Source: a bacterium (lineage in GTDB: Bacteria > SAR324 > JACQKK01). From it: a stretch of 64,000 nt of DNA. Each line of letters begins with the position of its first letter. Position 1 is the first letter of the stretch. Positions 28,710 through 39,532 of this stretch are shown here, piece after piece. The stretch is from positions 800,001 to 864,000 of the forward strand of contig OZ251219.1 of the NCBI GenBank assembly GCA_965240465.1, in the 5' to 3' direction. Both the position numbers and the translations under genes were made by a program. The notes beneath the pieces were generated by a model. That model searched no databases, was not told where the DNA came from, and worked only from the letters and a program-made list of their open reading frames with translations.

Positions 28710-29771
28710 TTGAAGTTTTGGAAAAGAAAGCACACCTTGACAGGACTAGCCCGCACTTGTGGGTGAGCAGGAAAGCTCAGTCCGGTCGGGCTGAATGAAG
28801 TACTAGCAGAGTTATTACCCCCTAGGGCAGCAGAAGTGCTGGTTGGTTTAGCAGACCAAGATGATGCGGGGGTAGTGTATCTCAATGAGCGGCAAGCTTT
28901 AGTGCAGACTGCCGATTTTATCACTCCTCCGGTGGACGATCCCTATTTATTTGGTAAAGTGGCGGCTGCCAACGCCCTGAGTGATATCTATGCCATGGGT
29001 GCCGAGCCTCTCTGTGCCTTGAACTTGGTAAGTTTTCCAGAAGGAGTGTTGCCTCAGGCGGTTTTGAAAGATATTCTAAGGGGGTCTCTGGAACAGCTGA
29101 ATAATGCTGGTGCTTGGTTGGTAGGAGGACATTCGGTACAAGACCAAGAACCCAAATTCGGCTTGGCTGTCAGCGGTCTGGTTGACCCTAAGTGCATTTG
29201 GCGTAATCGCGGTGCCTGTCCTGCCGATGCCTTGTTACTAACCAAACCGCTAGGTAGCGGCATTCTGCTCAATGCTGCTCGTTCCAAACAGATCAGCCCA
29301 CTAGAACTCAAGCCTTGCTTGGATTCCATGCAGACCCTCAATAGCAGTGCCGCTGAAGTACTGAAGAAATTTACGGTTCATGCCTGCACCGATGTTTCGG
29401 GCTTTGGCTTAGCAGCTCACGCTTTGGAAATGGCTCGGGCCTCCAAAGTCTGTTTTCAGCTCTCATTGGCTACCATTCCACTTTTCCCTCACACCCTAAC
29501 TGCCATGGAAAAAGGTATCACCACCAAAGCCACCAACAGCAATAAACAATTCGTCAGCCCCCACCTCCAATGGAACACAAAACCACCACAACCACTGAGC
29601 GAAATCCTCTTTGATCCCCAAACCTCAGGAGGATTGCTGGCAGCCATCCCTCAACCAGAAATCTCCTCAGCTCTTAAAGAGCTCAAAAAGGTGGATGTTC
29701 TGGCATCCCAGATCGGAACCGTCACCCCGCTATCCAATAAAGATGCAATTTACTTGCTTGGTGGACCCTAG
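28710..29771 (+). CDS. selD: Selenide, water dikinase, selenocysteine-containing
   Basis: AGGAGA RBS 28697-28702, TTG start 28710, LTGLARTCG-UGA(28764)-AGKLSP in frame with ORF 28836..29771 (DDAGV, QTADF, NALSDIYAMG, DPQTSGGLL). Confidence 0.9.
28777..28794 (+). promoter_or_regulatory. Bacterial SECIS hairpin
   Basis: TCAGTCC-GGTC-GGGCTGA; the G-containing apical loop starts 17 nt after the UGA. Confidence 0.8.
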
Positions 29772-30556
29772 CCTCCATCTCCACTGCTACTGGCAGGTTC
29801 AGTTTCAGATCTTCTATTACCTCCAAATCTATAAGTATAACTCACTCCTAAGATAACAGCACCTGCATATCTATTATCCTCCACCGTCTCTTCAGGATAC
29901 AATTCCCATCGGGCACTGCGTAAGGCGAACCTCCAAGAACTGGCTTCGTCTATGTCCTTCTTAAACCCAAGACCAAAGTAAAGAGTACTATCTGATCCCT
30001 CGTTTTTGTCGGAAAGTAAAGCCGATTCGCCACGAGTACCACCTGAAAATTTGTATGTTTCTTCTACATCAAGTTTAGCATCGCCAAGCATCAGCATAAA
30101 TTGTAGGTCTTTCTCTAACTTAAAACGCCATTGGAATTCCAACATTCTCAGAGAAATTTTCGTAGTTGTCTCTGTTTTAAATGGTTCACCAGTAGAACTC
30201 CAGACATAACCGGGAAAGGCATTGTTGTTGGTTTTTTCACCCCGCATGGAATGGAATTGTAACTCCACCGCAAAAGCACGGTTTTTGTTTGTTTGACTGT
30301 CAAACTCTACTCCGGCGATCAGGGGAAGAGAGAGGTATGAGGTTTCAAAGTAGTCATCATTGTCATAAACATCGCCCTCAATATCGAATGACCCCCAATC
30401 AAAACTATGGCTAGCAAGCCCAATCCCTACATAGTATTGTTGTGCAAATACTTTTTGAGGGGCTACAAACAAAAAAGCCATCGCAATCACTGCCATTAGA
30501 CCGAAGAATTTGCTTAACAATTTTGCCTGCTGGCTAGCTATATTGGAAATACCCAT
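29768..30556 (-). CDS. Putative outer-membrane beta-barrel protein, copy 1
   Basis: Signal peptide ending VFA-Q, alternating beta-strand pattern, GVSYTYRF near the C-terminus, AGGAGG RBS. Confidence 0.6.
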   Translation of the reverse strand: MGISNIASQQAKLLSKFFGLMAVIAMAFLFVAPQKVFAQQYYVGIGLASHSFDWGSFDIEGDVYDNDDYFETSYLSLPLIAGVEFDSQTNKNRAFAVELQFHSMRGEKTNNNAFPGYVWSSTGEPFKTETTTKISLRMLEFQWRFKLEKDLQFMLMLGDAKLDVEETYKFSGGTRGESALLSDKNEGSDSTLYFGLGFKKDIDEASSWRFALRSARWELYPEETVEDNRYAGAVILGVSYTYRFGGNRRSETEPASSSGDGG

Positions 30557-30710
30557 TTTAGACCTCCTTAGAACAAAGAATTAGAAATAGACCGACACTC
30601 AAGAGGAATCGTCCTCAAGAGGAATCATCCTCAAGATGTTCCAACACTAGAGTACAACACGGCTGAAAGCAACACCGAACGCAATGCCTAATAAGTTTGT
30701 CTGGTGGACC

Positions 30711-31460
30711 CTAGCCTTCATATCCACTGCTGATGGCAGGTTTCTTCTTAATCCCCAGGCGATGAACATAACTTACTCCTACGATAATATCTGATATATC
30801 CCCATCCACCCCGAGAGCATTTCTCCACTCCGCACTGCGAAAGGATACCCTCCAAGCATTTGCTTCATTTATATCTCCCTCAATACCGAAACCTAAATGA
30901 AAACCATTATCTGAATGGTCTTCTCTTCTGCTACTACCAACCCCCTCAGTAGAGGCATTGGTGTACCTTCTGCTACGTTCTACATCAAGAGTGGTCATGC
31001 CAAATATCAACATAAGTTGCTTGTCAATCAAAAACCGACCTCGCAACTGCCCTTCTATCACCAACAGGGAAACCTGAGTACTTGACTCTGTTGCGATGGA
31101 TTTTCCAGTATCGCTCCAAGAACCACCGGGAATGGCATTGTAATTAGTTTTTTCATCATTCATAGAATGGTATTGCAACTCTATGGCAAAGCCGCGGTCT
31201 GCTTGCCAGTCAAACTCCATTCCAGCGATCAGGGGAGTAGAGGTAAATGAAGTTGCATAAATATTATTGTAGTCAGCAGGGACTTCAAAGGCGGCTATGT
31301 TTTTCTTCCCCCAAGAAAAATAATGACTATGAAATCCAGCCCCCAGATAAATCTGATCTGCAGTTGCTCTTAGGGGAGTAATAAATAAAACCACTACTAC
31401 CCCCAGACTAAAAAACTGAATTAATAAGCTGGCATTCTTGATAGCCTTGTCCTCGTTCAT
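30711..31460 (-). CDS. Putative outer-membrane beta-barrel protein, copy 2 (paralog of 29768..30556)
   Basis: Shares PLIAG.EFD, FA.ELQ.HSM..EKTN.NA.PG..WS.TG and RSA.W with copy 1. Confidence 0.6.
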   Translation of the reverse strand: MNEDKAIKNASLLIQFFSLGVVVVLFITPLRATADQIYLGAGFHSHYFSWGKKNIAAFEVPADYNNIYATSFTSTPLIAGMEFDWQADRGFAIELQYHSMNDEKTNYNAIPGGSWSDTGKSIATESSTQVSLLVIEGQLRGRFLIDKQLMLIFGMTTLDVERSRRYTNASTEGVGSSRREDHSDNGFHLGFGIEGDINEANAWRVSFRSAEWRNALGVDGDISDIIVGVSYVHRLGIKKKPAISSGYEG

Positions 31461-31643
31461 TTTCTATCTTGTTGAGTAAAAAGAATGAGAAACACATCTG
31501 GGATGTCCCAGATGTGTTTCTCAAATTATAGTACAACGTTGCCGAAAACAATCCTAAACAAGTAATGCAAATAAGCAACGAAAATAAGTAGCCCTGACCA
31601 CTCAGGCATCTTAGCAAGATGTCTTACAAGCTGAATTAAATAT

Positions 31644-31672
31644 TTGACATTAGCGATGCTTCTTGTGATAAT
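31644..31672 (+). promoter_or_regulatory. sigma70-like promoter (TTGACA-17-GATAAT, extended -10 TG)
   Basis: TTGACA 31644-31649, GATAAT 31667-31672, about 270 nt upstream of rnd. Confidence 0.5.
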
Positions 31673-31946
31673 CAATGGAATGCTCAACAATTTGGGGCTT
31701 CCGAGGGTTGACCAAAGGGCGGCCTTCTTAGCAAAGTGCGAATGTCTTTTTGCTAGAGGATGTTTGTGGATGTTTGTCTGCGGAGGTGGTTTTTAAGGAG
31801 GCTTTTTGCGGCAGATTACGGACTACTGAGGTAGGGATTATGTGGTTTGTCAATTAAAACGATATGAAGTTATAACAATAAGAAATAAATAAATTCTTAT
31901 CAAATAAGGTTTCGTATTCCTAAACATTCTAAAGAGAAATTGTCAT

Positions 31947-32690
31947 ATGGAAACTAATAAAAACGGACACCCAATAGAAAAACATACAGAGCAATTGGCT
32001 AAGGTCCCCACGGACGGTGAATTAACCAATGAACAAAATTATAAGATCTGTGAAGATATTCCCGAACCGCTACTGGAGCAATATTTATCCCAAAAGGAAA
32101 TAGCCATAGATACCGAATTGCACGGTTTGGAGCTATTTCGGGATCAAGTTTGCTTGGTGCAAATATGTGATCGGCAGAAACGGGCCTGTTTAATTTCTCC
32201 ACAGCCTGGTAGTTTGCCTCCTAATCTCAAGCATTTGTTGACATATGCTGGAGTAATGAAGGTATTTCATTATGCCATGGGAGATGTCACCTTTTTAAAG
32301 GTCAGCAATGGAGTGGATGTACATCCATTTCGCTGTACTAAAATAATGAGTAAATTGGTGCGTACTTATGCTCGTTCTCACAGTTTGGAAGCTTTGATTA
32401 GAGAAGTTATCGGCAAAACCGTAGATAAAAGTAACCAGAGCTCTGACTGGGGTAAGAAAAACTTGTCCTCCGATCAATTGCAATACGCGGTCAAGGATGT
32501 CTTATACCTGCTGGAAATATACGACGTGTTGCTGGATATGATGAAGCGTCGGAAAAATTATGCTACTGGCTGTCCCGTACAGGAGCTCAATGAGCGTTGT
32601 CAGGCTTTTCTTCCTTCCATGGTGGCTTTGGTAATAAATGGCTTTACAGCTCCAGAAGATAGGTTTAAGGTCAACCTTTACGAGCACTAA
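31947..32690 (+). CDS. rnd: Ribonuclease D (short DEDDy 3'-5' exonuclease)
   Basis: IAIDTELHGL, KVFHYAMGD, CTKIMSKL, QSSDWG, YAVKDV. Confidence 0.82.
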   Translation: METNKNGHPIEKHTEQLAKVPTDGELTNEQNYKICEDIPEPLLEQYLSQKEIAIDTELHGLELFRDQVCLVQICDRQKRACLISPQPGSLPPNLKHLLTYAGVMKVFHYAMGDVTFLKVSNGVDVHPFRCTKIMSKLVRTYARSHSLEALIREVIGKTVDKSNQSSDWGKKNLSSDQLQYAVKDVLYLLEIYDVLLDMMKRRKNYATGCPVQELNERCQAFLPSMVALVINGFTAPEDRFKVNLYEH

Positions 32691-32742
32691 CGAAGAGTGT
32701 AATTAGGCTATTGGTGTTGCGATTTTTGCCATTTGCTTTTTT

Positions 32743-33381
32743 ATGAGTACTGCCTCAAACGATTCTCCATTTTCACCTCCCTTGCTGTTAGCGGCTTTGT
32801 TTGCAGGAACACTGGCTATCTCATCTGTGCTGGCAGTCAAGATAGTACAAATAGGCGGGCTCTTTGCTCCTGCGGGGGTATTGGCTTTTTCCTTCACCTT
32901 TGCCTGCACCGATATAGCTTCTGAGGTCTATGGTAGAAAGGTAGCTACTCGCTTGGTATTGGTGGGCATGGTGGTGTTAGTAGTGGTGGGGCTGCTAAGT
33001 CTTTTAGCGGTGCTCTGGCCCGCAGCACCTATTTGGCAAGACCAAGAAGCTTTTGTAGCTATCATTGGTCGTAGCCCGCGTATAATAATTGCCAGTCTGG
33101 GTGCTTATCTGGTCAGCCAAAACTTGGACATCTTTATCTTTGAGCGTCTCAAGAGGGTTGAGAGTACTCGTTTTCTATGGCTACGCAATAATGTTTCTAC
33201 CGCGATATCGCAACTAGTAGATACCAACTTATTCATTGTACTGGCATTCTATGGCTCAGGATTCCCCCTTTGGCCGCTCATTTTTGGGCAATGGATGCTA
33301 AAGCTGGTGATCGCCGTCTTGGACACTCCCTTTGTCTATCTTGGCGTTTGGTTTTATAGAAGGAAGTCTCGCGTAGGCTAG
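32743..33381 (+). CDS. Queuosine precursor transporter (YhhQ/VUT family)
   Basis: TDIASEVYG, ASLGAYLVSQ, WLRNNVSTAISQLVDT, LDTPFVY. Confidence 0.88.
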   Translation: MSTASNDSPFSPPLLLAALFAGTLAISSVLAVKIVQIGGLFAPAGVLAFSFTFACTDIASEVYGRKVATRLVLVGMVVLVVVGLLSLLAVLWPAAPIWQDQEAFVAIIGRSPRIIIASLGAYLVSQNLDIFIFERLKRVESTRFLWLRNNVSTAISQLVDTNLFIVLAFYGSGFPLWPLIFGQWMLKLVIAVLDTPFVYLGVWFYRRKSRVG

Positions 33382-33456
33382 GTTCTCAGGGGGCGGGGTT
33401 CGGATGACATTGTTGATCTTCTGGTGGCAGGCTGGATTCAATCTCTAGAATATAAA

Positions 33457-34599
33457 TCACGCATTATTTTCTTGCTGTTCTAGTTGTTTCAGTACTTCCC
33501 GACCGATATTTAGCAAGGATTGTTGTATCAGAGGCAGTTTATTTTTGGCATTAGAGCTGATGAGGTCATTGACTAGCAGGGGTTGCCCTAGGTCACCGCT
33601 TTGGCGTAGGGCTAGATCTATCGGTATTCGCCCTAGGAAGGGGATGTTTTGCTGATGGCAGGCTTTTTGGACGGTTTGGCTATCAAAAATGGGACTTTCG
33701 GTTTGGCAGTGGGGACAGATAAAGCTACTCATATTTTCAACCATGCCCAAGACGGGGACGGAGATTTTTTCAAACATGGTAATCGCCTTGAGTGCATCCG
33801 AGAGAGCTACATCTTGTGGGGTGGAGACCATCACGGCTCCTGATAGTTGGACAATTTGAGATAGTGTCAGCGGGGCATCGCCGGTGCCTGGGGGCATGTC
33901 GATTACCATGAAATCACCGCCGGGCCAATCGGTATCTCTCAAGAGCTGTTCGATCACCTTATGGATAATAGGGCCTCTCCAAATGGTGGCGGCTGCTTGT
34001 TCTATCAGATTACCAATGGAGAGAACGGATAGTCCATAGGCGCGTAGAGGCTGGATACGTTGTTGTTCGCTGAGTTCAGGTTTTTGATTTTTGAGTCCGA
34101 GCATAATAGGCAGGCTGGGGCCATAGATATCGGCATCAAATATGGATACTCTATTTCCGAAGTGCTGGAGAGCCAGTGCTAGGTTGGTGGCTATGGTGGA
34201 TTTTCCTACTCCGCCTTTGCCGCTGCCGACTGTGATCACATGGCGATAGTTTTGCAGATAAGTATTTCGTGTTTTTGCTCTGGGAGTGCTATCAGGGAGG
34301 GTGTTTTCATTTTTTGGCAGGGTAGCTACAGGAGAGATTTGATCGGCCATTCCTATTTGGAGGTCAGTTAATCCTGGCAGTGCTTGGAGGTGCTGACGGA
34401 TTTGTTTAATTATCGTCCTTCGCAAAGCTACTTTAGGAGGTAGATCCAACAATATGGAGACTTTACCATTATTGGCTATCAGGCTACGGACAACAGGGGT
34501 TTTCTGCGGTGGGAGCTGGATTTTGCTGAGGGCTTGCTTGCACAGGTCTTGCAGTTTTTGCAGGTCGTGTGGTGGGTCTGGCGGTGGGTCGGAGGGCAT
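33457..34599 (-). CDS. mrp: Mrp/NBP35 (ApbC) Fe-S cluster carrier ATPase
   Basis: SGKGGVGKST, DADIYGPS, IWRGP, DMPPGTGD, ENMSSFICPHC. Confidence 0.92.
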   Translation of the reverse strand: MPSDPPPDPPHDLQKLQDLCKQALSKIQLPPQKTPVVRSLIANNGKVSILLDLPPKVALRRTIIKQIRQHLQALPGLTDLQIGMADQISPVATLPKNENTLPDSTPRAKTRNTYLQNYRHVITVGSGKGGVGKSTIATNLALALQHFGNRVSIFDADIYGPSLPIMLGLKNQKPELSEQQRIQPLRAYGLSVLSIGNLIEQAAATIWRGPIIHKVIEQLLRDTDWPGGDFMVIDMPPGTGDAPLTLSQIVQLSGAVMVSTPQDVALSDALKAITMFEKISVPVLGMVENMSSFICPHCQTESPIFDSQTVQKACHQQNIPFLGRIPIDLALRQSGDLGQPLLVNDLISSNAKNKLPLIQQSLLNIGREVLKQLEQQENNA

Positions 34600-34623
34600 G
34601 GATAAAGAAGGAATAAGAAAGAA

Positions 34624-34697
34624 TAAGCCGGCTGGGGATCGAACCCAGGACCCTCTGATTAAAAGTCAGATGCTCTACCTAGCTGAGCTACCGGCTC
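34624..34697 (-). tRNA. tRNA-Lys(UUU)
   Basis: Minus strand reads GAGCCGG...TCTGA-CTTTTAA-TCAGA...CTGGG-TTCGATC-CCCAG-CCGGCTT-A. No encoded CCA. Confidence 0.93.
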
Positions 34698-34762
34698 TTA
34701 GACATACTCACGCCAGCTGATGATGGTTTGCGATGGTGTTTGGTTTAGATTGCAGTTTGCAA

Positions 34763-34836
34763 TATCCCCAAGGGGATTCGAACCCCTGTTGCCGCCGTGA
34801 AAGGGCGGTGTCCTAGGCCGACTAGACGATGGGGAC
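34763..34836 (-). tRNA. tRNA-Glu(UUC)
   Basis: Minus strand reads GTCCCCA...CCGCC-CTTTCAC-GGCGG...AGGGG-TTCGAAT-CCCCT-TGGGGAT-A. No encoded CCA. Confidence 0.93.
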
Positions 34837-35093
34837 ATTATAGAAGCGGATGTTTTGAGTAAATGTCTGGCTGCCATTTTTTTTGAGCAAATAGACCAAG
34901 GTAGATGATTCTGGCGATATGGTTATCGTTCGTTAAAAACTGATGATAACGTTTGACTATCTGTCATGGAGATTTAATTTGTCAACCTGAGATCAGGATT
35001 TAGTATTCCAAGACCGCAAATGGTTTTTACCAAATCACTGGACTTATGGGTGATGAGCCGCGGCATGTAATATCTCAGCATCCTACCCCAGAT

Positions 35094-36548
35094 TTACCTA
35101 CGCCAGAAATAGGGAGTGAACAGCATGAAAACCGTCATCAGTTCTAAGCGTCCTGCCAGCATGCCCAGCATTAAAATCCATTTGGCAAAATCAGAGAGAG
35201 GTTCATAAGTTTGGCTAGGACCCAAAGTACCCACCGTAGGCCCGATGTTGTTCAAAGCCGAAATAGCAGCTCCCAAGCTAGTGAACAGATCCAGCCCGCT
35301 GAGGGTCAACAATAGGGTAAGTATCACAATACTCATAAAAAGTAGCAGCACGAAGCTATAAATCGCATACTGTATTTTTACGTCTATATGCAATCCGTTA
35401 AAGCGAGTATCCACCACCGCCCGCGGATGAGCTAAGCGGGTAATTTGGTTGCGAATGTTTTTTATCACCAGAGCCATTCGGATACATTTCATGCCTCCAG
35501 CAGTGCTACCAATGCAACCACCGGGTAGCATCATGGCTAGCAGTAGCAACTGGGAGAATGCTCCCCAAGCAACATAGTCCGCAGAAGAATATCCCGCCGA
35601 ACTAATGATAGATATGGCTTGAAAACTAGCCTTAGTAATGATTTGCTGCCAAGAAGGATAAACATTCTGGGCGTATAAATAGGCTACAAAGACCAAAACA
35701 CCGATCAAGCACACCGAAGCAAACCAGATTAATTCTTCATCCCGTAGCTGTCGCCAGCGATAACGCCGCGAGGTTAACAACCGATAATGCAAGCCGAAGT
35801 TAACCGCTCCCAAAAACATAAACACTATCACCACCCACTCAATCGCTAGGCTGTTCCAAGCCGCAATGCCATCGGGATGAGTACTAAAGCCTCCAGTGGA
35901 AACGTTGGTGAGAGCATGGTTTATGGCATCAAAAGTGCTCATTCCCAGCAACATTAAGATGGCGGTTTCTATAATGGTGAATAACAAATACACCGACCAT
36001 AAAATTCTAGCCGTATCATGTAAGCGAGGACTAAGCCCCCCCCTAGCAGATACACTAGCCTCACGCTGATAAAGTCGCAGGCTGGCAGCACCCCTTAAGC
36101 TAGGCAATACTATCAAACCTAAGGCAATCATCCCCATGCCCCCCAACCATTGAGTCAAACTCCGCCACAACAACATTCCCTTACCCATCCTACCGTAGTC
36201 CAAAAGCACAGTCGCACCAGTAGTAGTAAAACCAGAAACCGACTCAAATACCGCATCGGTAAATGAGGGCAGTACTCCACTCGCCCAATAAGGAATAGCT
36301 CCTGCTAACCCCGCCGCGCACCAAGACAAAGTGACCGCTAAAAAACCATCCTGCAAGGATAATTCATCGGTCTTACTTCCCCAATTCATTAAACCCCAAC
36401 CCACCGCTACCGATACCAGTGCCGAAAAAAGCAACACCCCCCAAGTAGATTCATTACTATAAAGAGCCACCAAGCTCGGCAATAATTGCACCGAACCAAT
36501 CAATAACAAACACACCCCCACCACTCTGAACACCGTCCTCAAGTGCAT
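35094..36548 (-). CDS. trkH: Trk potassium uptake permease
   Basis: FESVSGFTTTGAT, QWLGGMG, STGGFS, GSTAGGMK, NNIGP, GRLE. Confidence 0.93.
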   Translation of the reverse strand: MHLRTVFRVVGVCLLLIGSVQLLPSLVALYSNESTWGVLLFSALVSVAVGWGLMNWGSKTDELSLQDGFLAVTLSWCAAGLAGAIPYWASGVLPSFTDAVFESVSGFTTTGATVLLDYGRMGKGMLLWRSLTQWLGGMGMIALGLIVLPSLRGAASLRLYQREASVSARGGLSPRLHDTARILWSVYLLFTIIETAILMLLGMSTFDAINHALTNVSTGGFSTHPDGIAAWNSLAIEWVVIVFMFLGAVNFGLHYRLLTSRRYRWRQLRDEELIWFASVCLIGVLVFVAYLYAQNVYPSWQQIITKASFQAISIISSAGYSSADYVAWGAFSQLLLLAMMLPGGCIGSTAGGMKCIRMALVIKNIRNQITRLAHPRAVVDTRFNGLHIDVKIQYAIYSFVLLLFMSIVILTLLLTLSGLDLFTSLGAAISALNNIGPTVGTLGPSQTYEPLSDFAKWILMLGMLAGRLELMTVFMLFTPYFWRR

Positions 36549-36572
36549 ACTGCTCCTTGATTTAATTTTAGG

Positions 36573-36680
36573 TTAAACAAAGGCAGACTCATTACTATAA
36601 AGAGCCACCAAGCTCGGCAATAATTGCACCAAACCAATCAATGACAAACACACCCCCACCACTCTGAACACCAAGTGCAT
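36573..36680 (-). CDS. Putative 35-aa hydrophobic micro-ORF from the trkH N-terminus, copy A
   Basis: AAGGAG RBS and ATG; MHLVFRVVGVCLSLIGLVQLLPSLVALYSNESAFV*. Confidence 0.4.
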   Translation of the reverse strand: MHLVFRVVGVCLSLIGLVQLLPSLVALYSNESAFV

Positions 36681-36704
36681 ACTGCTCCTTGACTTAATTT
36701 TAGG

Positions 36705-36812
36705 TTAAACAAAGGCAGATTCATTACTATAAAGAGCCACCAAGCTCGGCAATAATTGCACCGAACCAATCAATAACAAACACACCCCCCCCACTCTGAA
36801 CACCAAGTGCAT
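36705..36812 (-). CDS. Putative 35-aa hydrophobic micro-ORF from the trkH N-terminus, copy B
   Basis: AAGGAG RBS and ATG; MHLVFRVGGVCLLLIGSVQLLPSLVALYSNESAFV*. Confidence 0.4.
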   Translation of the reverse strand: MHLVFRVGGVCLLLIGSVQLLPSLVALYSNESAFV

Positions 36813-36880
36813 ACTGCTCCTTGATTTAATTTTAGGTTAAACAAAGGTGGTAAGTGCTTCCTATGGTTCTAAGCAAGGCA

Positions 36881-39472
36881 TCAAGATACAGCTTGGAGGA
36901 GGTTTTTGAATACGATGCGATTAAATTTTATATCCACGAGCACATCGTGTCCTGCTTGGAGTTGTCCTTTAAGGATGGCACGGCTGATGGGAGTTTCCAG
37001 TTCTTTTTTGAGTAATCTTTTTAAGGGTCGGACTCCAAAGCGAGGTTCATAGCCTTGTTCTCCGAGCCATTTTCTGGCAGAGTTAGAGATATTCAGTTTA
37101 ATTTGTTTTTTGCTGAGGCGTTCACGGAGTGTTTCTAGTTGGAGGTCTACGATTTCTGTGAGATGTTTTTTTCCTAGGCTTTCAAACATTATGATGTCAT
37201 CCAAGCGATTGGTGAATTCGGGTGGGAAGCAGCGATAGACCTCTTGGAGTACCAGTTTGGTGGCTTGATTAGTTGGTCGGCCGCGTTCTTGAGCTTCTAG
37301 GATGTGATGTGAACCTAAGTTGGAGGTCATGATAAGGACGGTATTTTTAAAGTCCACGGTTCGTCCGTGGGAGTCAGTCAGGCGTCCTTCATCTAGTACT
37401 TGTAGGAGCAGATTGAAGACATCGGGGTGTCCTTTTTCTATTTCATCCAGCAGTACCACCGTGAAGGGACGGCGGCGTACTTTTTCGGTGAGTTGTCCTC
37501 CCTCTTCAAAGCCCACATAACCCGGTGGAGCCCCGATTAAGCGGGCGACTGAATGTTTTTCTGAGTACTCAGATATATCTATACGAACCATGTGGCTTTC
37601 GCCGCCGAATAGCTGTTCCGATAGCACCCGTGCCAGTTCTGTTTTGCCGACGCCAGTGGGTCCTAAGAACAGAAAGCTTCCCATCGGTTGAGCGGGATCA
37701 TTTACTCCAGCTCGGGCTCTCAGGATGGAATCGGCGACGGTTTTAACGGCTGCATCTTGTCCGATGACGCGTTCTTTCATATCTGTTTCAAGGTGCAAGA
37801 GTTTGTTGCTTTCGCCTTCTTTCAGGCGTGAGACAGGGACTCCCGTCCAGCGAGATACTACTTCAGCAATATCATCTGCGGTAACTTCTTCATTCAGCAA
37901 TCTTTGGCCTCCGCTAGCTGGTTTTTCTTCTAGGGCTACTTGACGTTTTTCCAGTTCTGTCAGTACTCCGTATTTCAGTTCAGCTACTCGCTGGAGGTTA
38001 TATTCTCGCTCGGCGACTTCCATGGCGTGCTTGGTTTCTTCTATCTTCTGCTTCAATTGATGACGCAAGCTCAGCTGTTTTTTCTCTTGTTCCCAGCTGG
38101 CTTTTTGCACTGACAACCGTTCGCCTAGGTTGACGAGATTTTTTTCTAGTTCCTGTAAGCGTTCTTTGGAGGCAGCATCTTTTTCCTTCAACAGCGATTG
38201 CTTTTCTACTTCCAGTTGTAGCACTCGCCGTGATAACTCATCCATTTCCGCGGGCATTGAGTCAATTTCGGTACGCATTTTGGCGGCTGCTTCGTCCATC
38301 AGGTCAATGGCTTTATCGGGCAGGAATCTGTCGGCAATATACCGATGAGATAACTCGGCGGCGGCTACCAAAGCCCCATCCTTAATACGCACCCCATGAT
38401 GAGCTTCATAGCGATCCTTCAAGCCTCGCAAAATGGAAATCGTGTCATCCACATTGGGCTGATCAACCATCACGGGTTGAAACCGTCGCTCTAAGGCTTT
38501 GTCTTTTTCCACGTACTTGCGATATTCATCCAGAGTGGTAGCTCCAATACAGTGCAACTCACCCCGTGCCAGCATGGGCTTGAGTAAATTACCCGCATCT
38601 AGTCCGCCTTCTACCTTGCCTGTTCCTACCACGGTGTGCATTTCATCAATGAACAAGATCACTTGTCCTGCGGTATCACGAATTTCCTTTAGTACCTTTT
38701 TTAGGCGTTCTTCAAACTCACCCCGAAATTTTGATCCTGCCAATAGACCGCCCAAATCCAATGATACAATTTGCTTATTTTGCAATCCATCGGGAACATC
38801 TCCTCGCACGATCCTTTGTGCTAGACCTTCTACAATGGCGGTTTTACCTACCCCTGGCTCGCCTATTAAAACGGGATTGTTCTTGGTACGACGGCTCAAT
38901 ACCTGCATCACGCGACGAATCTCTTCATCCCTCCCGATGACCGGGTCCAATTTCCCTTCCCTGGCCATAATGGTTAAATCACGACCGTATTTTAGCAAAT
39001 TCCCTTCTGAATTTTCCTCGCTTGAGCTACCTACTTTCTTGTTTTTATGCATTTCATTTACCGCAGTTGATAATCTTTGCCTGCCTACTATTGATAATAC
39101 CTTCGCGGCTTCATCATTACTACCCCCTCCTGCCAAAGCCAATAGCATATGCTCGGTACTAATGTATCCATTATGTAGCCTGCGTGCCTCAGATTCGGCT
39201 TCTGCTAATACCCGAGCAAAACCACGACTAGCATGAATTTGACCACCACCACTTACCTGCGATTGACGCTTGAGAACATTACGGGCTTCCTTTTGTATCT
39301 TTTCTACATCGCCCCCCGCCTTTTCTATCACCAGAGCCGCCAAGCTATCGGATTGTTCTAACAGGGTTTCCAGTAAATGTAACGAGGTTAACTCTGCGTG
39401 TTGCATGCTAAGAGCTTTATTTTGGGCGTCTTCCAAGGCTTGTTGAGCTTTGTCTGTGAAATTTTCTTGCAT
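36881..39472 (-). CDS. clpB: Chaperone ClpB
   Basis: Two AAA+ modules ([16 protein letters not shown]), long coiled-coil M domain, 863 aa. Confidence 0.97.
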   Translation of the reverse strand: MQENFTDKAQQALEDAQNKALSMQHAELTSLHLLETLLEQSDSLAALVIEKAGGDVEKIQKEARNVLKRQSQVSGGGQIHASRGFARVLAEAESEARRLHNGYISTEHMLLALAGGGSNDEAAKVLSIVGRQRLSTAVNEMHKNKKVGSSSEENSEGNLLKYGRDLTIMAREGKLDPVIGRDEEIRRVMQVLSRRTKNNPVLIGEPGVGKTAIVEGLAQRIVRGDVPDGLQNKQIVSLDLGGLLAGSKFRGEFEERLKKVLKEIRDTAGQVILFIDEMHTVVGTGKVEGGLDAGNLLKPMLARGELHCIGATTLDEYRKYVEKDKALERRFQPVMVDQPNVDDTISILRGLKDRYEAHHGVRIKDGALVAAAELSHRYIADRFLPDKAIDLMDEAAAKMRTEIDSMPAEMDELSRRVLQLEVEKQSLLKEKDAASKERLQELEKNLVNLGERLSVQKASWEQEKKQLSLRHQLKQKIEETKHAMEVAEREYNLQRVAELKYGVLTELEKRQVALEEKPASGGQRLLNEEVTADDIAEVVSRWTGVPVSRLKEGESNKLLHLETDMKERVIGQDAAVKTVADSILRARAGVNDPAQPMGSFLFLGPTGVGKTELARVLSEQLFGGESHMVRIDISEYSEKHSVARLIGAPPGYVGFEEGGQLTEKVRRRPFTVVLLDEIEKGHPDVFNLLLQVLDEGRLTDSHGRTVDFKNTVLIMTSNLGSHHILEAQERGRPTNQATKLVLQEVYRCFPPEFTNRLDDIIMFESLGKKHLTEIVDLQLETLRERLSKKQIKLNISNSARKWLGEQGYEPRFGVRPLKRLLKKELETPISRAILKGQLQAGHDVLVDIKFNRIVFKNLLQAVS

Positions 39473-39532
39473 GTTATATTTTGATAATGGCTAGTGGATT
39501 GTTCTTTATCTATGATGGGAAGAAACAAGCAA

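Larger units (their letters stand above)
36447..36847. repeat. Triplication (132-138 bp unit) of the trkH 5' end and RBS
   Basis: Three near-identical units; both upstream copies share a 6-bp deletion. Confidence 0.93.

Noticed and set aside
28451-28798. 115-aa + strand ORF, or selD as a pseudogene
   Set aside because: The ORF overlaps tatC antisense and the real selD start in another frame. The UGA is explained by Sec plus SECIS.
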